Of a stretch of 64,000 bases of DNA, positions 1 through 7,348 are shown one piece after another. Source of the DNA: a candidate division WWE3 bacterium RAAC2_WWE3_1 (GTDB taxonomy: Bacteria; Patescibacteriota; WWE3; UBA101185; UBA10185); contig CP006914.1 of assembly GCA_000503835.1 (NCBI GenBank), positions 303,341 to 367,340 of the forward strand, given 5' to 3'. Both the position numbers and the translations under genes were made by a program. Every line of letters starts with the position of its first letter. The stretch's first letter is position 1. The notes beneath the pieces were generated by a model. The model made no database searches, was not told the origin of the DNA, and worked only from the letters and a program-made list of their open reading frames with translations.

Positions 1-53
1 AGAATCGGGCACACATTAATTTAACCAAATAATGTCGCAATTTCAAAGAGATT

Positions 54-62
54 TGATAGAAT
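54..62 (+). promoter_or_regulatory. Putative extended -10 promoter (TGaTAGAAT) upstream of the tRNA-Val locus
   Basis: TGnTAGAAT about 50 nt upstream of the first tRNA-like sequence. Confidence 0.4.
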
Positions 63-109
63 AATGGACGGAAGGTTCTGCTACGCATTTTCCTTCTTCG
101 TGGATTTTA

Positions 110-173
110 GGGCTTGTAGCTCAGTTGCCTTTTGCGGAGCAAAACTTCGCCGCAGGCGAATTCAGAGCGTTCG
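110..173 (+). pseudogene. 5' half-copy of tRNA-Val with a 34-nt double-hairpin insertion in the D-loop
   Basis: 110-127 GGGCTTGTAGCTCAGTTG and 162-173 TCAGAGCGTTCG match the intact tRNA at 218; insert 128-161 contains TTTTGC-GGA-GCAAAA and TTCGCC-GCA-GGCGAA. Confidence 0.85.
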
Positions 174-217
174 CGATAGAGTTTCGTACGTAAGTGTTTA
201 GACCTGATAGACGTTTA

Positions 218-294
218 GGGCTTGTAGCTCAGTTGGTCAGAGCGTTCGGTTTACATCCGAAAGGTCCCTGGTTCGAGCCCAGGCAGGCCCACCA
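218..294 (+). tRNA. tRNA-Val(UAC)
   Basis: Cloverleaf: GGGCTTG/CAGGCCC acceptor, GCTC/GAGC D-stem, TTCGG-TT TAC AT-CCGAA anticodon arm, CCTGG-TTCGAGC-CCAGG T-arm, encoded CCA. Confidence 0.96.
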
Positions 295-315
295 TTTAAG
301 GATGCTGCGAAGCAG

Positions 316-357
316 ACATCCGAAAGGTCCGTGGTTCGAGCCCAGGCAGGTCCACCA
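316..357 (+). pseudogene. 3' half-copy of tRNA-Val (anticodon loop to CCA); att-like remnant
   Basis: ACATCCGAAAGGTCCGTGGTTCGAGCCCAGGCAGGTCCACCA, 2 mismatches versus 253-294. Confidence 0.9.
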
Positions 358-420
358 ATTTCTAAAATCAGAGTTTTCTGCAATCACAGAGGGTTCCAAT
401 CTGGTAAAATAATATTTGTT

Positions 421-1242
421 ATGGCTGATACACTTACATTAAAACCGATGAGATTACTCAGGGAAAATATATCAAAGATTGAAGTAGCTAAATACTATCT
501 TGAAATTGAATTTTCCAAGCTTTTTGAGAATGTGGGTGTTAATTTGATTAATGAAACTATTGATAACCTTACAGAAAGTAAAATCTGGGCGTTGCTTGAA
601 GCAATGTCTTTTACATATCGTCTAAATGGCGTTTTCTTTAAACTTGCTAGAGAAGGATATACATGGAATGAAGAAATTTGGAATGTTGGGGATGTATTAC
701 TTACAGGGATGGATTCAAATGTTAACAAAGTTATTTTTTCGGAAGAAGTGAAAGGGGACGCACTAAAATTCAAGAATTATCTTTTGACTTACTTTGATAC
801 TAATAAAGAAAGCGACCCTCAAAAGCTATTTTCATATAAACCCACAAATAGAGAATTGAAATACACAAAACTTATTGCTACTAGAAAAGATAACAAGATT
901 GCAATGTTGGATGGGTCTCATAGGCTAACTGAAATGTTACTTAGCGATACAAAAGAGGTACATATTTTTGTAGGTCATCCGGTTGAAGGAATTCCTGAAG
1001 AAAGCAAGAAAACTTTAATTGGTAATAGCACTTTAATATTACTTACAATTTTATATAAACAGGGAAATGAAGAAGAAAAGAAGGCAGTTTTGACTGTTGT
1101 TAAGGAAATAATTGCTAAAACCTTAGATGGAAAAGATGCAACCCAAAAATATTGGGTTGATAACATTTACAATGATGAATTCAAGAAAGTTGGTGAAAAT
1201 CTCCTAAAGGAGTGTAGTAACTCTTATTTTAAATGCAACTAA
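421..1242 (+). CDS. Hypothetical protein with possible ParB/Sulfiredoxin-like motif
   Basis: Long AT-rich ORF with IAMLDGSHRL (DGxHR); start moved to ATG 421 because the longer ORF begins inside the tRNA remnant. Confidence 0.6.
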   Translation: MADTLTLKPMRLLRENISKIEVAKYYLEIEFSKLFENVGVNLINETIDNLTESKIWALLEAMSFTYRLNGVFFKLAREGYTWNEEIWNVGDVLLTGMDSNVNKVIFSEEVKGDALKFKNYLLTYFDTNKESDPQKLFSYKPTNRELKYTKLIATRKDNKIAMLDGSHRLTEMLLSDTKEVHIFVGHPVEGIPEESKKTLIGNSTLILLTILYKQGNEEEKKAVLTVVKEIIAKTLDGKDATQKYWVDNIYNDEFKKVGENLLKECSNSYFKCN

Positions 1243-1343
1243 GAATAAATTCTGCCGGGCGCCGCAATTAAACCGTAATTATATCCGTTTTACACCTGCC
1301 GATTTTTCTACTAAAATAGCCCAAAGCAGAAAAGGAGTAGAGA

Positions 1344-1580
1344 ATGACCGAAGTCAGAAACGAGTTGTCCGCAAAAGTGTTTGCAAAGAAGTATGCTGTT
1401 TCGGAGTTCTCAGTGCCTGAGTCAGCGATTGCGGTGACAGGTATAATGCTGGTAGCCGGCGCTAAACTGGCGAAAAACTCTTACAGCGTAATGCTTAATG
1501 TCACCCACAAAAACGGTACAATAAAGTCGCACCAACTGGCAGTAGATATTAAACTCGGGAGTGTTACTCTCATCTACTAG
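1344..1580 (+). CDS. Small hypothetical protein
   Basis: 78 aa ORF with AAGGAG RBS. Confidence 0.65.
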   Translation: MTEVRNELSAKVFAKKYAVSEFSVPESAIAVTGIMLVAGAKLAKNSYSVMLNVTHKNGTIKSHQLAVDIKLGSVTLIY

Positions 1581-1665
1581 CCCATCCACGGTAACTGTAA
1601 CTTGACTTTTCAACATCCTATATATACTATAGGGCAAGACCAACAGAGACACGGGAGGAGGAGAC

Positions 1666-1896
1666 ATGAGATACAAATTTCATTGGGAAACCTGGGCGTC
1701 ATTTTTAATGGCTGCAGCCCTATACCCGCTGATATACATCCTGATAGCAGGGCGCGAACACGTTTTCGCAGTCGGGTTGTTCGGCTCTTTTCTTCTTATA
1801 TCCGGAGTTATATGGGCAATCAAGAAATATCCGTATCCCGCGATGTTTTGCTTTACGGGAGTACTTTTAGCAGCAGCCCTTTTGGTTTTTCCCTAA
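1666..1896 (+). CDS. Small membrane protein (about 3 TM)
   Basis: GGAGGAG RBS; hydrophobic segments. Confidence 0.7.
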   Translation: MRYKFHWETWASFLMAAALYPLIYILIAGREHVFAVGLFGSFLLISGVIWAIKKYPYPAMFCFTGVLLAAALLVFP

Positions 1897-1978
1897 CGCG
1901 TGTTGACCTGCGCCATCCCCCGATAAACTTTACTTTATGTGAAGCCAAGCGGGGGATTATGCTTCTTTTCCGCTCATT

Positions 1979-2710
1979 TTACAAATTCGGGTTAAAAGCC
2001 TCGGTGTAAATTGCGAAATCTTTTAAGCCCGCTTTATTTATGATATCAGAACAGTCGCGGATCATAGCGGTATTTCCGCACAAGTAAAAATCAGTACTAT
2101 CCGCAACAAAATCGGGCAGGCAAAATGTAACTCTGTTTGCAAAAAAGGGCGGTTTGAGTCCGTCGGTTACTCCCGACAGACATATAAAGTACTTAAATTT
2201 GGGCGACATTTCCAGGAACTTCTTGAATTTTTCTTCGAAAAAGACGTCTTCCATATCGCGTACGCCGAAAATGAGTACAACGGACTCTACAAAAGGATCT
2301 TCTAAAGCCGTGCCGAGCATAGGAATAAAAGGTGCAATGCCCGTAGAAGTAGCCACAAAGACCAGGTTTTTCCTGCCCTGTTTACGGTAAAAATACCGCC
2401 CGGAAGGGCCTATAAAGCCCGCAGACGCGCCTATTTTCAGGGAGTTGATAAAGTTAGCCCCAAGACCGGGTCGTCCCGTAATAGCCGCCAGTTCCACAAA
2501 AGGTTCGCCAACCGCGTCATTACAGATAGAGTAAGAACGGTAGGTGCCGTCAGCTACCTCAAGGTTAATAAATTGCCCGGGAATAAAAGAAAACTCCTTA
2601 ACGCCGTCAACCTTGAGCTTTAACCAGGTAACCAAAGGAGAAAGTACCTTTTTATCCACCGCAGTAGCGGTGTGCCTTGCGGGTAATACCATACCGGTAT
2701 ATGGTAACAT
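1979..2710 (-). CDS. FAD/NAD(P)-binding oxidoreductase, ferredoxin-NADP reductase (FNR)-like
   Basis: PGQF, RSYS, GPSG, ATSTGIAP, YLCG and C-terminal EAF motifs; start could be 2692. Confidence 0.9.
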   Translation of the reverse strand: MLPYTGMVLPARHTATAVDKKVLSPLVTWLKLKVDGVKEFSFIPGQFINLEVADGTYRSYSICNDAVGEPFVELAAITGRPGLGANFINSLKIGASAGFIGPSGRYFYRKQGRKNLVFVATSTGIAPFIPMLGTALEDPFVESVVLIFGVRDMEDVFFEEKFKKFLEMSPKFKYFICLSGVTDGLKPPFFANRVTFCLPDFVADSTDFYLCGNTAMIRDCSDIINKAGLKDFAIYTEAFNPNL

Positions 2711-2716
2711 AGGTTC

Positions 2717-3166
2717 ATGACCTTCTCAGCAAAAAGAAAAATAGTCCTTATATTGTCGCTCATTTTCGCACTTGCCGCGGGTTTTATTCTTATGGTAAAA
2801 GTGTCTTCACCAAAGTTTAATTACGAAATTAAAACGTCCGTTATAGATAACGCCGAACAAATTCCCTTAAAAATCACGCCCCAAAAAGATTCCATTACAT
2901 TTGAAACAAAGTTTTACGACCTAAAGGGTAATTTTGAAACTGCGCAAATGAAGAGAAAATTAAAATTTCAACCGTCCTTTCCATTTTTAATTGTTGATCC
3001 TAACATCACAGTGGTTTTAAGAGACGCTGAGTTTACCGAAGAGGAAACTTATGTTTATTACGAAATTTTCGGAGCGATAAGCAATTTAAATCCTGGTGAG
3101 TACAAGTTAACAATGGTCGACGGGTTCGGAAATTTAATTGACGAAACTTTTGTTGAAATAAAATGA
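2717..3166 (+). CDS. Membrane-anchored hypothetical protein
   Basis: N-terminal TM helix; stop overlaps next start (ATGA-type coupling). Confidence 0.75.
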   Translation: MTFSAKRKIVLILSLIFALAAGFILMVKVSSPKFNYEIKTSVIDNAEQIPLKITPQKDSITFETKFYDLKGNFETAQMKRKLKFQPSFPFLIVDPNITVVLRDAEFTEEETYVYYEIFGAISNLNPGEYKLTMVDGFGNLIDETFVEIK

Positions 3167-3981
3167 GCGAACACGGTAAAAAGGTCGGTTTGGCTTTGGG
3201 CAGCGGAGGCTGGCGGGGTTTAGCCCACATCGGGGTCATTAAAGTCCTCGAAAAGAACGGAATTTCCATTGATTACATAACAGGTTCAAGTGTCGGAGCA
3301 TTGGTCGGCGGTTTGTATGCTTATTACGGAAATATCGTAGAACTTGAGAATATTGTTCAAAGTATCGGGTACCTCGACATGTTTCACGCCTTGTCGGATC
3401 CTAAGGCAGAGCTGGGACTTATAAAAGGAAACAAGTTCGTGGCTTTTCTGGAAGGTTATTTAAAGGGAGCAAAAATCGAAGACCTGAAAATACCTTTTAA
3501 AGCCGCGACAACAGATATTTTGACCGGAGAAACCGTATATCTTGATAAGGGCAATTTAGCTACGGCAATAAGAGCCAGCATTTCCGTACCGTTGGTTTTG
3601 GCACCGGTTGATATCGACGGAAAAAAGCTGGTGGACGGAGGAAACTCAACACCCGTACCTACGGAAGAAGTCAGAAGAATGGGAGCGGACGTTGTGATCG
3701 GAGTTAACCTGTACGGAAACATTTTTCCTCTGACTGCAGCTGTGGAAGGTGAGAAGAAATTGGGCGCACGCGAAGTATTTAGTCTCTCTTATCAAATACT
3801 GTTAAACCAAATGGCTAAAGGGAATTTGAAACACGCGGACATTGCTTTGAACCCCAAGATACCCGAGAGGAGCTTTAACCTCTTTAAGTTTGTAAAAGAA
3901 AAAGGCACGGTTTTGGTTGGGGAGGAAGCGATGGATGGGGAGATGGGGGTTTTGAGGGGGTTGTTGGACTCTCAAAGGTGA
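3163..3981 (+). CDS. Patatin-like phospholipase (RssA/NTE family)
   Basis: GSGGWRG, GSSVG nucleophile motif, DGG. Confidence 0.92.
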   Translation: MSEHGKKVGLALGSGGWRGLAHIGVIKVLEKNGISIDYITGSSVGALVGGLYAYYGNIVELENIVQSIGYLDMFHALSDPKAELGLIKGNKFVAFLEGYLKGAKIEDLKIPFKAATTDILTGETVYLDKGNLATAIRASISVPLVLAPVDIDGKKLVDGGNSTPVPTEEVRRMGADVVIGVNLYGNIFPLTAAVEGEKKLGAREVFSLSYQILLNQMAKGNLKHADIALNPKIPERSFNLFKFVKEKGTVLVGEEAMDGEMGVLRGLLDSQR

Positions 3982-4032
3982 GCCGAAAAGGTAGGATAAG
4001 AAGCTTTAGGTGCTGGTTTGAGTACCGTCAAG

Positions 4033-4041
4033 TGCTATAAT
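4033..4041 (+). promoter_or_regulatory. Extended -10 promoter of tRNA-Gln (TGcTATAAT)
   Basis: Consensus match; GTGCTATAATTTCTTGTGTTT is repeated exactly at 8320-8340. Confidence 0.65.
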
Positions 4042-4064
4042 TTCTTGTGTTTGAGCGCGACTAA

Positions 4065-4138
4065 TGGGGGATCGTCTAACGGTAGGACTGCGGGTTTTGG
4101 TCCCGCCTATTGGGGTTCGAATCCCTATCCCCCAGCCA
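4065..4138 (+). tRNA. tRNA-Gln(UUG)
   Basis: TGGGGGA/TCCCCCA acceptor (U1-A72), GCGGG-TT TTG GT-CCCGC anticodon arm, TTCGAAT loop, CCA. Confidence 0.96.
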
Positions 4139-4209
4139 GCGTTTTTGTTGTCATAGCGCCACTTACACAAGCAAATTATTTCGCAATTAAGATAATGTAT
4201 AATTTTCGT

Positions 4210-5109
4210 ATGGCTGATATAGGACAAACTAATGTCACGCTTGTTCAAACTGAAACTGCAGACAAACTTGTTCTAAACGGTATTTTGTCTATACCTAATA
4301 AGAATTCTAAGAACATAGTTCTTCATATACACGGCACTTCCGGAAGTTTTTATTGGAACAGTTTCTACAGCTATTTATCTAAAATGAGCGTTGACCTAGG
4401 ATTAACCTTTCTCGCAACAAACAATAGGGGATCCGGAGTTTATGAAGTAGAAAAAGGAACTGTTTATCATGGAGCTAGTTTGGAGAAATTTGAAGATTGC
4501 CTGTTAGACATAGACGCCTGGATTGAATTCTGCCTAAGCAAAGGGTACACAAATATTATTCTTGAGGGTCACAGTTTTGGTACTGAGAAAAGTGTTTATT
4601 ACCTCGTAAAAGGTAAGTACAAGGATAAGATTAAGGCAGTTATTCTTCTGGGATTTTCTGACACAGTTGGTACGCAACGAAGTTACGAAAAGAAAATTGG
4701 TAAAAATTATTTTGAGGAAGCTAATAAACTGGTAGGAGAAAACAGGGGTGAGTATTTACTCGCAGATTTAGGAGCATTGTGTGGGGAACTTCCCATAAGT
4801 GCACAAACTTATCTTAACTATTTTTCTGAAAACTCCGCGTGCTCTATGGCACTTCCATTAAGAAATGGGCGCGATTTAAAGTATTTTCAAAAGATAACAG
4901 TTCCAATTTTGGGGGTGATTGGTGATAAAGATGATGGGGAATACACAATAATCCCCATTAACGATGCTATCAAACTTCTTAATTCAGAAAATATACATGC
5001 GGAAGCGTATAAAATAAAGGACTGCAATCACGGTTTCGACGGTAAAGAGGTCGAATTAGCTAAAATTGTTGAAACATTCCTTACTCAAAAGATCTTAACA
5101 CTTGAATAA
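4210..5109 (+). CDS. Alpha/beta hydrolase (DUF1749-like)
   Basis: HIHG, NNRGSG, GHSFG nucleophile elbow, late D and H residues; ATG 4210 lies 6 nt after TATAAT. Confidence 0.85.
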   Translation: MADIGQTNVTLVQTETADKLVLNGILSIPNKNSKNIVLHIHGTSGSFYWNSFYSYLSKMSVDLGLTFLATNNRGSGVYEVEKGTVYHGASLEKFEDCLLDIDAWIEFCLSKGYTNIILEGHSFGTEKSVYYLVKGKYKDKIKAVILLGFSDTVGTQRSYEKKIGKNYFEEANKLVGENRGEYLLADLGALCGELPISAQTYLNYFSENSACSMALPLRNGRDLKYFQKITVPILGVIGDKDDGEYTIIPINDAIKLLNSENIHAEAYKIKDCNHGFDGKEVELAKIVETFLTQKILTLE

Positions 5110-5122
5110 AGAACATCTAACT

Positions 5123-5142
5123 AATTCCCATGCCCCCAGCCA
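5123..5142 (+). repeat. tRNA-Gln 3'-end remnant (att-like scar)
   Basis: CCCCCAGCCA (5133-5142) is identical to the tRNA-Gln 3' end and lies right after the hydrolase stop. Confidence 0.55.
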
Positions 5143-5187
5143 ATGATACGATATTCGAATCAGATCCTTTGTCATGTTATCATTTTA

Positions 5188-5325
5188 TTAATAAGTCGAT
5201 TTTTGGAAGTGTTCGAGAAATTCCTTGAGTTTTGCCGCGGGTTGTCTGAGGAAAACCCCGCCTTTGTCCGTCATAACAACATCATTCCGGAGAATAATTT
5301 CGTCTATATCCAGATAGATCTTCAC
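5188..5325 (-). pseudogene. Truncated HAD-like gene fragment (45 aa)
   Basis: MKIYLDIDEIILRND...FLEHFQKSTY*; HAD motif I-like YLDID; TATAAT 6 nt before the GTG start. Confidence 0.5.
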
Positions 5326-5497
5326 ACCGTCATTATATACATGCAAAAAATTACAGGCTACTCAACAAACCCCACCACCCCTTCTGTACGATCTTACCAA
5401 TATTACCTTATTACAAAGTTGCGGGGTGCCAAATATCTGCTAGTATATCGTCATAACCCTTACAGGGTACCCCCAATACATAGAAAGGAGACAGGTA

Positions 5498-5638
5498 ATG
5501 AAATCCAAGCGCAAGCCCGTAAAAGTAGTACCTTTTGGCGCCAAGTATTTGAAAAAAGTTGCGATGGCAAACAAACGCAGCTCTTCAAATACAAACACCG
5601 GAACCGGCACCTCTCAACCCGACGCCGACCACGATTAA
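5498..5638 (+). CDS. Putative graspetide (ATP-grasp RiPP) precursor peptide, 46 aa
   Basis: AAGGAG RBS; MKSKRKPVKVVPFGAKYLKKVAMANKRSSSNTNTGTGTSQPDADHD; PFGAKYL resembles the microviridin PFFARFL leader motif; Ser/Thr-rich then DxDxD core; directly upstream of the ligase. Confidence 0.82.
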   Translation: MKSKRKPVKVVPFGAKYLKKVAMANKRSSSNTNTGTGTSQPDADHD

Positions 5639-5680
5639 GTTTTAAGGTCTCGTCGTTTTATAGTCAGGTTGAGTATGACT

Positions 5681-5720
5681 AAGGTGATGGCTACTTAAAC
5701 AGAGCAGTCATCACCTTTTT
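5681..5720 (+). terminator. Stem-loop with T tract between precursor and ligase
   Basis: AAGGTGATGGCT...AGTCATCACCTT followed by TTT. Confidence 0.55.
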
Positions 5721-5739
5721 ACCTAAGGAGGCAGTTTCA

Positions 5740-6690
5740 ATGAAGGTTTTGGTAATTACTACGAAACCGGACGCTCATGTGAAAATGGTAGCAAGACACT
5801 TGCCAGAATGGGAATTCCTAATTTTTGATCCGTTTAAATTCCCGTACAGACAGGGTATTACCTACCTATTTGAGAACGGAAAGATGGAGATCACACTAGA
5901 CAAGAAGAACTTGTCAGACGCAGATGTAGTGTGGTTTAGAAAACCCAATTACATCAAGTCTACAAAATTTCCTGTCTGTGAGAATCTCCAGGAATTTGCT
6001 TGGAACAGCTACAAAAGGTCTATAACTTGGCTATATGACCTTCTGCCGAACAGCTTCTGGGTTTCCAGACCTAGCAATATTATCAAAGGTGGAAACAAGT
6101 TGTACCAGATGCAGTTAGCTACAAATCTCGGGTTCAACGTTCCGGACACTTTGGTAACAAACAGCACGGCTGAGGCTGAAAGATTTAGGTCCCGTCTCAG
6201 AGATATTGTTACCAAATCCTTGCACAACGAGTTTGTGGATGACGGTGGGGAACTTTACGCCGTGTACACAACTCGGTTACCTGCTGAGGAGAAGATTGAT
6301 TTTTCAGGACTAGCTATCTCACCTGCAATCTTCCAGCAGATGATAGTCGGGGCTGATATCAGAGTTACCGTTATCGGAAGCAAGATATTTGCCACAGAAA
6401 TAAGCAAAAAGGGCAGTTTGCAAGGTGAAATAGATTGGAGACTCGGGGTCGCCGATAGCAGGAAACTTAAGTATTTTCCGACAACCTTGCCGGAGAATCT
6501 TAATGAGTTGTGTCTTGCTCTAGTGAGACAAATGGGTCTCGAATACGGTGCAATAGACCTGATGAGAGATTACAAAGGTAAATATTGGTTTTTGGAAATC
6601 AATCCAAATGGTCAGTGGGGTTTTGTTGAATTACAAACAGGACAACAACTGTCTTTGGCCATAGCTGATTTATTCAGAAACCAAGTATAA
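5740..6690 (+). CDS. MvdC/MvdD-like ATP-grasp peptide maturase
   Basis: NKLYQ..A...G..VPDTLVTN, P.IFQ, DIRVTVIG, IDWR, YGAIDL, FLEINPNGQW; AAGGAGG RBS. Confidence 0.88.
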   Translation: MKVLVITTKPDAHVKMVARHLPEWEFLIFDPFKFPYRQGITYLFENGKMEITLDKKNLSDADVVWFRKPNYIKSTKFPVCENLQEFAWNSYKRSITWLYDLLPNSFWVSRPSNIIKGGNKLYQMQLATNLGFNVPDTLVTNSTAEAERFRSRLRDIVTKSLHNEFVDDGGELYAVYTTRLPAEEKIDFSGLAISPAIFQQMIVGADIRVTVIGSKIFATEISKKGSLQGEIDWRLGVADSRKLKYFPTTLPENLNELCLALVRQMGLEYGAIDLMRDYKGKYWFLEINPNGQWGFVELQTGQQLSLAIADLFRNQV

Positions 6691-6693
6691 AAT

Positions 6694-6722
6694 AAAAGAG
6701 GTGACCCCCACCACCTCTTTTT
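6694..6722 (+). terminator. Intrinsic terminator after the ligase
   Basis: AAAAGAGGTG-loop-CACCTCTTTT-T. Confidence 0.7.
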
Positions 6723-6730
6723 AATTTATT

Positions 6731-7234
6731 ATGAAATATTCAAAAATAGCTAAACAAATAAACGAGTTTGCTAAAAACGATCAGTTACTGAGGAATAGGA
6801 TATTTTCTAAACCTAGTATTAGCGAAGAAGATAAAAAAGCACTTGAGGATTTTGACAAAAATTCATCAGATTTTATAAAAAGTATAGTAAGTGAAATCTG
6901 TCTTCCGACAATAACGAAAGTCGGCAAAAAGGCGTCCTATAACTCATGGCTTCTAGTTCAACACTCTCGAGATTTAAAGTTTCAAAAATCATACTTAGGA
7001 TTATTAAAACAAAATGAAAAAGATATTAATCCTGCAAATATCGCGTACCTGGAAGACCGGGTTCTAATGTACGGGGGTAAACCTCAAATTTATGGGACAC
7101 AGTTTGTTCTGAACAAAAAGACCGGAAAGATGGTGCCGTACACTATTTGGGATGCTGCTAACGTCAATGAAAGACGTTCTAAATATAATCTAGGAAAGCT
7201 GGAGGAGCACATAAAAACTTTTTATTCTAATTAA
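6731..7234 (+). CDS. DUF6624-like protein
   Basis: DQ..R, WLLVQH, YLEDRV, GKPQIYGTQ, VNERR pattern. Confidence 0.75.
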   Translation: MKYSKIAKQINEFAKNDQLLRNRIFSKPSISEEDKKALEDFDKNSSDFIKSIVSEICLPTITKVGKKASYNSWLLVQHSRDLKFQKSYLGLLKQNEKDINPANIAYLEDRVLMYGGKPQIYGTQFVLNKKTGKMVPYTIWDAANVNERRSKYNLGKLEEHIKTFYSN

Positions 7235-7348
7235 CTCATTACCGTCTCAGTCACATTTCAGGGAACAAAATGGTTCTACACTCGTGTGCGCACATTACCC
7301 AAAAACTAATCTACCCAACAATACAACTACCAGTGTATTATTAAACTT

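Larger units (their letters stand above)
3838..4138 (+). repeat. Left copy of a diverged ~300-bp direct repeat (patatin 3' end + promoter + tRNA-Gln)
   Basis: Alignable along its length with 8120-8425. Confidence 0.85.

Noticed and set aside
194-412. 72-aa ORF with a repeated HPKGPWFEPRQ
   Set aside because: It is a translation of tRNA-Val and its duplicated 3' half.
1602-2009. 135-aa ORF
   Set aside because: Shadow of the RBS-supported membrane gene 1666-1896.
4018-4209. N-terminal extension of the hydrolase ORF
   Set aside because: It runs through tRNA-Gln; ATG 4210 follows a TATAAT box.
4006-4248. Minus-strand ORFs here and at 8339-8557 sharing GIGIRTPIGGTKTRSP
   Set aside because: These are antisense translations of tRNA-Gln and its pseudo-copy.
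5143-5682. 179-aa ORF upstream of the ligase
   Set aside because: No RBS or motif; it overlaps the better supported precursor (different frame) and the minus-strand HAD fragment.
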